A stretch of 64,000 nt of DNA from a plasmid: the sequence record NZ_CP070571.1, one strand, 5' to 3'. The notes under the pieces were generated by a model that was not told the origin of the DNA, did no database searches, and saw only the letters and a program-made list of their open reading frames with translations. Position 1 is the stretch's first letter. Each line of letters starts with the position of its first letter. The position numbers and the translations under genes are program-made. Positions 52,216 through 61,316 of this stretch are shown here, in pieces.

Positions 52216-53100
52216 GTGACAGATAAACCAGTACCAGCGAAGCAAATAAAAACGGTAAATACCGGCATCGCAATTAAAGAGAATCCCCCAAAAGGGGATG
52301 ATATGGCATTTACTCACTCGATATTGTGTCAGGTTGGCCTACCCCGTTCTAAGGTGGATGGCCGCGAGTTTATGAGGAAATCAGGTGATGCCTGGCTGGT
52401 CGTCCAAGCTGGCTGGCTTGATGAAGGGAGCGGGCCTGTAGAACAACCGATCCCCTATGGTTCAATGCCTCGTTTAGCGCTCGCATGGGTATCCTCTTAT
52501 GCTCTCCGCAAAAAGACCCGCGAAATACCGATCGGTAAGAGTGCAAACGAGTTTCTGCAATTAATGGGCTTATCAGGCGGCGGCAGACAATACAAGACGT
52601 TGCGCGAACAAATGCACGCGCTGGCCGCTTGCCGCTTGCAGCTCGGATTTAAAGGACGTTCTTTCAACGGTCAGCCGGTAGAACAATTCGATGCCTGGCA
52701 GAAAGACGACCAAAGCGGCCAGCTAAGTTTATGGCCGGGCGTGATGACGCTATCAGAAGGGTATTTTAATGGGCTAATTGATAGCGCCGTTCCTCTCGAT
52801 AACCGCGCTCTGTACGCGCTAAAAGGTTCGGCATTGTCGTTAGATGTTTATACGTGGCTGGCACATCGCTTACACCGCATCGAGGGCCGCCCGATTAAAC
52901 TTCACTGGATGAATTTACGGGAACAGTTCGCCCAAGAGTACATGGGTAAAGACCCTGACAAGGATTTCAAAAAGAAATTTCTTCCAGCTCTGCGCGACGT
53001 TCTGACCGTATATCCACAGGCGAAGGTAGAAAAAGTTACCGGGGGAATATTACTTTTCCCTTCCCCGCCTCCCATCCCATTCAAGGAAGCAAAAAAATAG
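52216..53100 (+). CDS. repA: replication initiator RepA of the conjugative backbone (GTG start)
   Basis: 294 aa. AAGGAG SD 6 nt upstream. Followed by iterons. resolvase-repA-oriV order as in IncW/IncN-type replicons. Confidence 0.65.
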   Translation: MTDKPVPAKQIKTVNTGIAIKENPPKGDDMAFTHSILCQVGLPRSKVDGREFMRKSGDAWLVVQAGWLDEGSGPVEQPIPYGSMPRLALAWVSSYALRKKTREIPIGKSANEFLQLMGLSGGGRQYKTLREQMHALAACRLQLGFKGRSFNGQPVEQFDAWQKDDQSGQLSLWPGVMTLSEGYFNGLIDSAVPLDNRALYALKGSALSLDVYTWLAHRLHRIEGRPIKLHWMNLREQFAQEYMGKDPDKDFKKKFLPALRDVLTVYPQAKVEKVTGGILLFPSPPPIPFKEAKK

Positions 53101-53202
53101 GCCCATACGGGCCTTTTTTATTTTTGGTTAATGCCGCCCCCTCTCTTTGAGTAAAGTTAGGGATAAGGTGAACAACCCTGTAAAAAAGCTGTTGAAACAT
53201 AA

Positions 53203-53211
53203 AGTTATCCA
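53203..53211 (+). promoter_or_regulatory. DnaA-box-like TTATCCACG adjacent to iterons
   Basis: 8/9 match to TTATNCACA. Confidence 0.35.
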
Positions 53212-53395
53212 CGTACATCCGACCCCCCCAATGATCGTACATGCGACCCCCTAGCTCGTACATCCGACCCCCTAGCTTTGTACATCCGACCCCCTAGCTC
53301 GTACATCCGACCCCCTTTTTTTGTACATCCGACCCCCTTTTTTTGTACATCCGACCCCCTAAAAACACGTACATCAGACCCCCCCTAAACCTATA
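53212..53395. repeat. oriV iterons: about 8 direct repeats of GTACATCCGACCCCC at about 22-bp spacing
   Basis: Seen directly downstream of repA. Confidence 0.8.
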
Positions 53396-53868
53396 AGGTG
53401 ATCTCCTGTAAGTTTCCTGTAGTTTGACCGATAGCACTTAGCCTATAAGTTTATGCTTTTAAGAGATCAGCCTATAAAAAAAGGCCCGATAATTTATTCA
53501 ATAAAATCAGTGGATAAAAAATAAATCGAATAATTTTAGTTCAGTGTGTACGTGCCAAAATCAGCAACGGCAGCCTTTGCGCTTCCTCGCTTTTGCTGTT
53601 CGTTCCTCGCGTTGCTGCGGTACGCCTCAGCAAAAGACTGCGGCGAGCGCTGCGATCTCTTAGGTAAGCGATTAGGTTTGATGCAGGGATGCAGGGATGC
53701 AGGGGGGATAAAAAGAGTGAGGCCCATCACCGGCAAGTAATGGGCCTCTGTCTTTCCTGCGAAGGAGCAGATTAGACGTTGTAAGAAGTATAGACGAAAG
53801 CAGCGTGATATTGAAAGAGGATTCATAGCGCCTTATATTTAACCTCAATATTTAAATTTTGGTGAATT

Positions 53869-54288
53869 ATGAAGAAATCTCTATTCAGTATCATCCTGCT
53901 GGCTATCACGTACCAGGCAAGCGCCGAACCTTGCATGGTGATCTTTGAACATGGCCAGTTAATTACGTTACCTGCGGCTGTCACACAGGCTGACCAGGTG
54001 AAAGGTATGTCAGGTGAAAATCACAGCACCGGCTTAATCCTCGCATGGAAAACAGCAGAACCCCGCGCAGTCTGGATGAAAAATACGCCAACCCCACTTA
54101 CAGCCGCGTTCATCGGTGCTGATGGTGTTATCCAGAGTATTCAGGATATGCAGCCCAACAGCGACACAGCGCATTCATCACTACATCCCACGATAGCAAT
54201 CATCGAGATGAGAACGGAAAAATTTAAACAGTTCAGGCTATCCAAAGGAGACAAAATTATATCCAGCCAATGTTTCCCCCTCAAATAA
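53869..54288 (+). CDS. hypothetical exported protein (139 aa)
   Basis: Signal peptide MKKSLFSIILLAITYQASA. Confidence 0.5.
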   Translation: MKKSLFSIILLAITYQASAEPCMVIFEHGQLITLPAAVTQADQVKGMSGENHSTGLILAWKTAEPRAVWMKNTPTPLTAAFIGADGVIQSIQDMQPNSDTAHSSLHPTIAIIEMRTEKFKQFRLSKGDKIISSQCFPLK

Positions 54289-54421
54289 CGCCTCACAGCC
54301 CCATAGAGCTGCCTCAACAAGAAAAACTAACTCAGGTATGGCCCGAACCAAGATAACCTCTTACAAAGCCATACAGGGCCATTCAACCAATATCACGCCA
54401 GTAATCCAGTTGTCATCGTGC

Positions 54422-54903
54422 CTGTAGGGGCGCTGGCCGCTACGCGGCCAACCCCCCAACACCCGGATAAATCACGCCCGGCCCGTCGCTACGCGCCAGC
54501 CCGCCCGCTCAACCGGGCCGTTGTGACGGGCCACTTTTCCGGCGGTGGTATCGTCTGACAGCCCGCCAAAACCGGCTTTGCAGGGAGGGGGTGGGTGCTT
54601 CGCCCTGGTCGGCGTCACCGGCGACGTAATGCCCTGCCCCGTTCAGCTCCGGGGAAGTGGGCGCGTCGCCCAGCTCGATGCCGTAAGGCCCGGCAATTTG
54701 ACCGCGCCGCCCAGGTGGAGATCGGCGCAGTTGCCTTTCATTTGTCGGCAGCGGTGCAAAATTTAAGTATCTTTATCGTACTATATAATGATACTAAAAG
54801 TTGACTTTTAAAGGGGGAAAGCCTATACTGTATTTATCGGTTAGCAATGGTGCTGACCGGCCCGGAACCAGCGGCGGCAACCGCTCCGGGTAAACTGCGA
54901 AGG
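54422..54903 (+). repeat. CUP-like conserved upstream element copy A (about 482 bp) with strong sigma70 promoter (-35 TTGACT 54801-54806, -10 TATACT 54824-54829) and structured leader
   Basis: Near-identical copies at 57770-58252 and 59973-60453. Partial copies at 55186-55257, 55546-55665, 58596-58640 and 61104-61193. Confidence 0.85.
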
Positions 54904-54911
54904 GGTGAAAA

Positions 54912-55181
54912 ATGAAATTAACCACGCTGCTGAAAAAACATTTTGATATTGAGGAATGTACCGATGTGGATAGCACCGTAAACCGGGAGGTGTATGCCAT
55001 TTGGGTTTATGAAAAAGGCGAAGATTGCGAGCCGCTATTAATTCTCAAAGATGCACAGGATTTTATGGGCGTGGATGGCTGGCTTGTCGGGAATATCTAT
55101 TCCACGTTGCAACATGGCTTATTGCTACAGCATGAAGAACTGAAAACGATGATCCGAAACGGCGAGATTAAGAGCCGTTAA
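54912..55181 (+). CDS. hypothetical protein (89 aa), first gene after CUP copy A
   Basis: ATG 8 nt after the leader end GCGAAGG. Confidence 0.5.
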   Translation: MKLTTLLKKHFDIEECTDVDSTVNREVYAIWVYEKGEDCEPLLILKDAQDFMGVDGWLVGNIYSTLQHGLLLQHEELKTMIRNGEIKSR

Positions 55182-55269
55182 ATCTATACGCGGTCGGCAA
55201 TAGTGCCGACCGGCCCGGACACAGCGGCGGCAACCGCTCCGGGTAAACTGCGAAGGTACAGAGGCTACT

Positions 55270-55485
55270 ATGTCAGTAAAAGATTTCACCCCTACCCTGG
55301 AAATTAAATTCCATCGTCGCCGCTGGCGTATCATGGTCGGGCGTTCAAGCCTGGCCTCTTTCCGCTCCGAACAGGACGCAATTGATGCTCTCAATAAGCG
55401 CCGCTCATTCTATGAGTATTGGGCCGGTTCTGCCGGTGTACAGGCAGAAAACACAGAGCCGGTGATTGTCCACGTAACATATTGA
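55270..55485 (+). CDS. hypothetical protein (71 aa) preceded by a leader-only CUP fragment
   Basis: ORF MSVKDFTPTLEIKFHRRRWRIMVGR... Confidence 0.45.
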   Translation: MSVKDFTPTLEIKFHRRRWRIMVGRSSLASFRSEQDAIDALNKRRSFYEYWAGSAGVQAENTEPVIVHVTY

Positions 55486-55674
55486 ACACCTGCAAAGCCC
55501 GGTTTCCGGGCTTTTTCACATCGGTGAGTACAATAATAAGTAAAATATAATGATACTTTTAGTTGACTTTATGGAGGGGAAAACCTATACTGTATTCATC
55601 GGTTAGCAATGGTGCTGACCGGCCCGGAACCAGCGGCGGCAACCGCTCCGGGTAAATAGCGAAGGAGTATGATT

Positions 55675-56499
55675 ATGTTATCTAGCCGTTTTCGTTCTGC
55701 AAATATCCTGCGTTCTGACCGCCCTCTTAACGATGATCAGATCATGCGTTATGCCCCGTCTATTTTTGCCACTGAAGCGCATGAAAGCCGCTCCGACCGT
55801 TACGCCTATATTGCGACCAGCGAAGTATTAAATGGTTTGCGTGATAACGGTTTTCATCCATTCATGGTTTGCCAGACTCGCGTTCGCAACCTGGATAAAC
55901 GCGAACACACCAAGCACATGATCCGTCTGCGCCATGCCGGGCAAATTAACGGCACCGAAGCGAAAGAAATCATCCTGCTTAACTCTCATGATGGCAGCAG
56001 CAGCTATCAAATGCTGGCCGGTGTATTCCGTTTCGTCTGCCATAACGGTTTAGTCTGCGGTGATACCGTTGCTGATATTCGTATCCCGCACAAAGGAAAC
56101 GTTACCGAGCGTGTTATTGAGGGCGCTTTTGAAGTGCTGGATCAGTTTGATAACGTTGAAAACCATATGGATGCTATGAAGTCTGTCACACTGAATGCGC
56201 TGGAAAAGCGTATTTTCGCTGACGCGGCGTTAGCACTGCGTTATGACGAGAAAGACGGCCCCGCACCAATCGCCGCGAGCCAGCTCCTTGAGGCGCGTCG
56301 TTTCGAAGATCGCAAAGATGATTTGTGGACAACGTTTAACCGTGTACAGGAAAACATCATCCGTGGCGGTTTGAGTGCCAGAACTAAGCAGGGCAAATCA
56401 ACTCGTACCCGCGCCGTTACCGGCATGGATAAGGATACTTCTTTAAACCGCGCTTTATGGATTCTCAGCGAGCGCATGAATGAACTCAAAGCCGCTTAA
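55675..56499 (+). CDS. DUF932-like plasmid leading-region protein
   Basis: About 274 aa from [12 protein letters not shown] with AAGGAG 7 nt upstream. Family assignment by recall. Confidence 0.5.
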   Translation: MLSSRFRSANILRSDRPLNDDQIMRYAPSIFATEAHESRSDRYAYIATSEVLNGLRDNGFHPFMVCQTRVRNLDKREHTKHMIRLRHAGQINGTEAKEIILLNSHDGSSSYQMLAGVFRFVCHNGLVCGDTVADIRIPHKGNVTERVIEGAFEVLDQFDNVENHMDAMKSVTLNALEKRIFADAALALRYDEKDGPAPIAASQLLEARRFEDRKDDLWTTFNRVQENIIRGGLSARTKQGKSTRTRAVTGMDKDTSLNRALWILSERMNELKAA

Positions 56500-56555
56500 T
56501 GGCAAACGCCCCGCTTGTTCGCGGGGCTTTTATCAACCCGAAAAAGGTGATTATC

Positions 56556-57035
56556 ATGGCTTCAAGAGGTGTTAACAAAGTAATTCTGGTCGGCAATTTA
56601 GGCCAAGATCCTGAAGTGCGTTATATGCCGAACGGCGGCGCGGTTGCCAATATTACGTTAGCCACGTCTGAAAGTTGGCGTGACAAGCAAACCGGCGAGA
56701 TGAAAGAGCAGACTGAATGGCATCGCGTGGTATTGTTCGGCAAGCTGGCTGAAGTCGCCGGTGAATATCTGCGTAAAGGCTCGCAGGTGTACATTGAAGG
56801 CCAGCTCAGAACTCGTAAATGGACTGATCAAGCGGGCGTGGAGAAGTACACCACAGAGGTTGTGGTCAACGTCGGCGGTACTATGCAGATGTTAGGCGGG
56901 CGCTCACAGAACGCTTCTCAGACTGGTAATCAGCCGCAAGGGGGCCAGCAGTTCAGCGGCCAGCCACAAACCACCGGCACAGCGGCAGCGGCAGGAAACG
57001 AACCACCACCGTTCGACGATGATATACCGTTTTGA
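56556..57035 (+). CDS. ssb: single-stranded DNA-binding protein
   Basis: [48 protein letters not shown]..., Gly/Gln-rich tail, C-terminal DDDIPF. Confidence 0.9.
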   Translation: MASRGVNKVILVGNLGQDPEVRYMPNGGAVANITLATSESWRDKQTGEMKEQTEWHRVVLFGKLAEVAGEYLRKGSQVYIEGQLRTRKWTDQAGVEKYTTEVVVNVGGTMQMLGGRSQNASQTGNQPQGGQQFSGQPQTTGTAAAAGNEPPPFDDDIPF

Positions 57036-57099
57036 ATGACGTAAGTATTTGTAATAAATTAATAAATCGGCCCGTAACCGGGCCGTAATGAGGTAAAAA

Positions 57100-57396
57100 A
57101 TGGCAGTAGAACGCATTTCCCCTGAAGAATGGCAGCGTATCGCACCGGCATTACGCACATGCAGCCAGGTAACGATCGATATGGCATACGCCGTACTGGT
57201 TGACGGTCGCAAACAAGTCGATGTGGCTAAAGAGTTCGACCGGTCAAAGCAAACTGTCAATGCTGCAATCAGGCGCGTTACTGCGATTTTTAACGAAGTT
57301 ATCCCGGAAGATGAGCAGTTAGAATTTGTGCAAGTCTGGTTGCCGCCAGAGCTGGCGAAGCAGGTTAAAGAAATGGCTAAACCATATACTAAGTGA
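57100..57396 (+). CDS. KorA/ArdK-like HTH transcriptional repressor
   Basis: 98 aa. HTH QVDVAKEFDRSKQTVNAAIRRV. Lies in the leading-region regulon. Confidence 0.55.
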   Translation: MAVERISPEEWQRIAPALRTCSQVTIDMAYAVLVDGRKQVDVAKEFDRSKQTVNAAIRRVTAIFNEVIPEDEQLEFVQVWLPPELAKQVKEMAKPYTK

Positions 57397-57403
57397 GATA
57401 TAT

Positions 57404-57619
57404 ATGAAGGATATTTCAAATTTTATGCGTGGTACTGTAACGCGGGTTTATATAGCTGAAAATAAATCTGGTTGCCCTGCATTTCTGGATTGGTGCAGAA
57501 AACTAAATAAAAAAGAAAAATTACCACAGGGGAAGTTCTTTAGAAAATATGAAAAATTCCAGCAATTTGATTCATTGAATACTGATAACAAAAAAATAGT
57601 CAGCATCGACTTTGATTAA
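57404..57619 (+). CDS. hypothetical protein (71 aa)
   Basis: ORF MKDISNFMRGTVTRVYIAENKSGCPAF... Confidence 0.4.
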   Translation: MKDISNFMRGTVTRVYIAENKSGCPAFLDWCRKLNKKEKLPQGKFFRKYEKFQQFDSLNTDNKKIVSIDFD

Positions 57620-57769
57620 CAGCAAAATTACTTATGGCGTTCCCTCCGGGGCGGGCTTTCGTGCTGCGCATCGAGCCAGGCAAGCTGTCTCGCCCCTCCG
57701 GGCTTCAATCCCTAACGCAATCAACTGCGCTCATCCTGATCTTGCCGGTTTTCTCCGGTGCCATCGTGC

Positions 57770-58252
57770 CTGTAGGGGCGCTGGCCGCTGCGCGGCCAAC
57801 CCCCCAACACCCGGATAAATCACGCCCGGCCCGTCGCTACGCGCCAGCCCGCCCGCTCAACCGGGCCGTTGTGACGGGCCACTTTTCCGGCGGTGGTATC
57901 GTCTGACAGCCCGCCAAAACCGGCTTTGCAGGGAGGGGGTGGGTGCTTCGCCCTGGTCGGCGTCACCGGCGACGTAACGCCCTGCCCCGTTCGGCTCCGG
58001 GGAAGTGGGCGCGTCGCCCAGCTCGATGCCGTAAGGCCCGGCAATTTGACCACGCCGCCCAGGTGGAGATCGGCGCAGTTGCCTTTTATTTGTCGGCAGC
58101 GGTGCAAAATTTAAGTATCTTTATCGTACTATATAATGATACTAAAAGTTGACTTTTAAGGGGGGAAAGCCTATACTGTATTTATCGGTTAGCAATGGTG
58201 CTGACCGGCCCGGAACCAGCGGCGGCAACCGCTCCGGGAAAACTGCGAAGGG
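57770..58252 (+). repeat. CUP-like element copy B
   Basis: Same sequence family as 54422-54903. Confidence 0.85.
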
Positions 58253-58259
58253 ATTAATT

Positions 58260-58568
58260 ATGAATACTTTCAACGCTGACAAATTCCGCTCTGAACTGGA
58301 TGTTTTATCGAAAACAACGATGCCCGGTTGTGGTCTTGTTTATGAGCTATACCAGCGTCGTTTGAGTGCTGCCATTGATAATTTGGTGGCTACATTGCCA
58401 GCAGAACAACACGCCCAGGCATTTGAACTGGCCCGCGAGGAATTTGATTACCTCTCTGCGGAAGATATTGCTGAAGAAATTCGCCGCGACTCAGAAAACG
58501 GCTATTGCAGCCACGGCCTTGATCGCAATTGCTGCCCTCTCGGTTGTGGGGATTTGGACGAGTATTAA
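58260..58568 (+). CDS. hypothetical protein (102 aa) driven by CUP copy B
   Basis: ATG 8 nt after the leader. C-terminal Cys cluster CSHGLDRNCCPLGCG. Confidence 0.5.
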   Translation: MNTFNADKFRSELDVLSKTTMPGCGLVYELYQRRLSAAIDNLVATLPAEQHAQAFELAREEFDYLSAEDIAEEIRRDSENGYCSHGLDRNCCPLGCGDLDEY

Positions 58569-58650
58569 CAGGTAGGGGGCAATAGCCCCCTACAAAAAAA
58601 CAGGCGGCGGCAACCGCTCCTATTCAAACAATCTGCGAAGGATATAAATC

Positions 58651-59073
58651 ATGAGCGCATACGTAGTATCTGATAAAGCCATTTCTACTATCGTTAAAAC
58701 TCTGGTACTGACCGGCACACTTCAGCCTGTCGAGGCTGTTTCATTTGGTCAGATGATGCTTAATCTGAATACCCATTCTGTTAATGTTCGCTATCAAGAA
58801 AGTAGCCCGGCGCACGCTTTTGAATACAGTGAACCGGAGCTAAATATTAACGACCCAAAAACACAAATTCAGGTGATTGTCTGCATTGATGAGTATGAAT
58901 ATCAGTCCTGCGAGTTTGCCGAATACTATGAAACGATGGTGCATACAGTCCTCAAAGCCATAAAATCAGCGTTACATGAGGCTTATACTGAAACATTGCC
59001 TAATCCCGCCCGGTGGAAAGCTAAAAAATCCTATGAACTGCCGGGCTACTCAGAAGCTGAATGGAGTTTATGA
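58651..59073 (+). CDS. ardB: ArdB/KlcA-family antirestriction protein
   Basis: 140 aa, MSAYVVSDKAISTIVKTLVLTGTL... Family assignment by recall. Leader-only CUP fragment upstream. Confidence 0.6.
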   Translation: MSAYVVSDKAISTIVKTLVLTGTLQPVEAVSFGQMMLNLNTHSVNVRYQESSPAHAFEYSEPELNINDPKTQIQVIVCIDEYEYQSCEFAEYYETMVHTVLKAIKSALHEAYTETLPNPARWKAKKSYELPGYSEAEWSL

Positions 59074-59527
59074 TCGCGCGGGGGTAAATCCCCCGCTCTA
59101 CCTGTAGGGGCGTTGCCCCTTTTTTTGCGCCGGTGATCTCTGGCGTTCCCTGCGGGCCGGGCTTTCGTGCTGCGCATCGAGCCAGGCAAGCTGTCTCGCC
59201 CCTTCGGGCTTCAATCCCTAACGCCTCCGGGCTTCGCCCTCCGCACTCCGCTTGGCCTCCGGGCTTTGCCCTCCGCGCTTCGCTTGGCTTTTTCAGCCGG
59301 TGCCAACTCCGGGCCGCGAGGATAACCGGCGGGAGGCGAACTGTCCTCCACAGCTCCCCGTTCCGTTGGATGGTCTGCCGTTCCTCCATTACCGGTATTC
59401 CACACTAGCGCGGTGTGGCGTCAATAGTTCGCTTCGCCGCTTCGCGCTATTGACCCCACCCCTTGCGCCAGTGTTACACACCGGTTGTCGGAAACGACAA
59501 ACCCTCCAACTACCCTACAGGTGCTTT

Positions 59528-59632
59528 ATGGCCGAAATTCTCCAACTCCTCCCGCCGGTTATCCTCGCTATCGCAGCCCTCATCACAGCCATCACCGGTC
59601 TGATAAAAGTCCTGAAAAGCAAGAAGAAGTAA
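59528..59632 (+). CDS. 34-aa hydrophobic peptide with C-terminal KSKKK
   Basis: Own -35 TTGACC, an operator-like inverted repeat GTCAATAG-N22-CTATTGAC, an AGGTG SD and a strong terminator (59637-59664). Confidence 0.45.
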   Translation: MAEILQLLPPVILAIAALITAITGLIKVLKSKKK

Positions 59633-59636
59633 CGGA

Positions 59637-59664
59637 AAGGGGCGGCAAGCCGCCCCTTTCCCCT
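59637..59664 (+). terminator. rho-independent terminator (aaaggggcgg-caag-ccgcccctttcccc)
   Basis: Perfect 10-bp stem. Confidence 0.6.
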
Positions 59665-59972
59665 GCTCCCCTGGCTTACCCTGCTGTACGATCCGTGGAT
59701 TTCACAGCAGGGTTATTTTGGGTGATCGCCGTGATTGGCCCCGCTGCGGCCGCCGGTTACTCAGGGCGTTCCCTGCGGGCCGGGCTTTCGTGCTGCGCAT
59801 CGAGCCAGGCAAGCTGTCTCGCCCCTTCGGGCTTCAATCCCTAACGCCTCCGGGCTTTGCCCTCCGCGCTCCGCTTGGCCCCCACGCCCTGCGCCGGACT
59901 TGCCCCGCCTCCGGCGGCCCCGCCCCTTCGGGGTGGCTTCGCCATCCTCTGCCAGCAACGGCGCAATCGTGC

Positions 59973-60453
59973 CTGTAGGGGCGCTGGCCGCTGCGCGGCC
60001 ATCCCCCCAACACCCGGATAAATCACGCCCGGCCCGTCGCTACGCGCCAGCCCGCCCGCTCAACCGGGCCGTTGTGACGGGCCACTGTTCCGGCGGTGGT
60101 ATCGTCTGACAGCCCGCCAAAACCGGCTTTGCAGGGAGGGGGTGGGCGCTTCGTCCTGGTCGGCGTCACCGGCGACGTAATGCCCTGCCCCGTTCAGCTC
60201 CGGGGAAGTGGGCGCGTCGCCCAGCTCGATGCCGTAAGGCCCGGCAATTTGACCGCGCCGCCCAGGTGGAGATCGGCGCAGTTGCCTTTCATTTGTCGGC
60301 AGCGGTGCAAAATTTAAGTATCTTTATCGTACTATATAATGATACTAAAAGTTGACTTTTAAAGGGGGAAAGCCTATACTTTATTTACGGTTAGCAATGG
60401 TGCTGACCGGCCCGGAACCAGCGGCGGCAACCGCTCCGGGCAACCTGCGAAGG
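59973..60453 (+). repeat. CUP-like element copy C
   Basis: Same sequence family as 54422-54903. Confidence 0.85.
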
Positions 60454-60460
60454 AAAATGT

Positions 60461-60748
60461 ATGAATACGACTCTTGTTGTTTTAGTCCTCGCCATAACAG
60501 GCGCGTTATATCTCCCCTGGCGTCTTGTGCGCGACGGTTACAAAGAACTGGTGCAAATGTGCCTGTTTTGCTCCTGTATCGTCACGCTGGCCGCTGTATA
60601 CGCCGTGTTAGTTAATCTCGATACTCCACACCCGTTTATGCCAATGTTTATCGCGGTAACGGCGTTCGGTGCGGCATTCGTGGCTGACTGCGCTTTATCT
60701 CTCTGGCTCTATCAGCGTAAAGCTAACGCTAAGACGGCTAACCACTAA
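60461..60748 (+). CDS. hypothetical 3-TM membrane protein (95 aa) driven by CUP copy C
   Basis: ATG 8 nt after the leader. Confidence 0.5.
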   Translation: MNTTLVVLVLAITGALYLPWRLVRDGYKELVQMCLFCSCIVTLAAVYAVLVNLDTPHPFMPMFIAVTAFGAAFVADCALSLWLYQRKANAKTANH

Positions 60749-60808
60749 CCACTAACCACTAATTAAACCGCCCTGCGGGGCGGTTTCTAACCATGATACG
60801 GGGGAAAT

Positions 60809-61051
60809 ATGGGAAACATCATCCTGATGGCCGAGAAAACAAAAGGCGCGGTTTCTGAAGAAGCTGAAGTGTATGAATTTGAGGGAATGGATGATTTGAT
60901 CCGGTTTCGTAAGCGATTCCCTGAACAGATGAAATATGAATACCATTACCTGCTTTCCGGTGGCACGAAAAATTTTCAGCATATCGCGCTCGTTGAAGCC
61001 AACCATTTTAAGCAGTTCAAAAAGCTGGTTAATCTGTACCAGAATCGCTAA
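60809..61051 (+). CDS. hypothetical protein (80 aa)
   Basis: ORF MGNIILMAEKTKGAVSEEAEVYEFEGMDD... Confidence 0.4.
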   Translation: MGNIILMAEKTKGAVSEEAEVYEFEGMDDLIRFRKRFPEQMKYEYHYLLSGGTKNFQHIALVEANHFKQFKKLVNLYQNR

Positions 61052-61203
61052 CAACGCTGAACAGCGCGGCAATGCCGCGCTGCTGTATGACGTATTCTTT
61101 CGGTATTATATAATGATACTATAAGTTGACTTTTTAGGGCGGGGAAATTATACTGTATTTATCGGTTAGCAATGGTGCTGACCGTAAGCGAAGGAGCAAG
61201 GTT

Positions 61204-61278
61204 ATGAAAAAATTTATCTGCAACCGCAACGGCAAGGCGGTTTTTCAGGAAGGTGATCGGGAGCTGGTAGCCGCTTAC
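61204..61278 (+). pseudogene. 5-prime part (25 codons) of the leading-region gene split by the Tn2-like insertion
   Basis: MKKFICNRNGKAVFQEGDRELVAAY, then CTTAC and the IRL. Continues at 26983. Confidence 0.6.
61274..61278. repeat. 5-bp target-site duplication CTTAC (copy 2) flanking IRL
   Basis: Matches 26978-26982. Confidence 0.8.
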
Positions 61279-61316
61279 GGGGTCTGACGCTCAGTGGAAC
61301 GAAAACTCACGTTAAG
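61279..61316. repeat. Tn1/2/3 38-bp terminal inverted repeat (tnpA-proximal, IRL)
   Basis: ggggtctgacgctcagtggaacgaaaactcacgttaag. Confidence 0.9.

Noticed and set aside
54545-54804. ORFs inside the CUP elements (54545-54766, 57893-58114, 60096-60317 and 54595-54804, 57943-58152), conserved in all three copies
   Set aside because: Conservation is explained by the repeat itself. They have GC-rich compositional frames, no RBS, and terminate at the promoter. Treated as non-coding.
60738-60762. ACCACTA heptamer repeated three times in tandem
   Set aside because: Lies at the 3-prime end of the 60461-60748 ORF and beyond. Likely trivial slippage, with no further structure.
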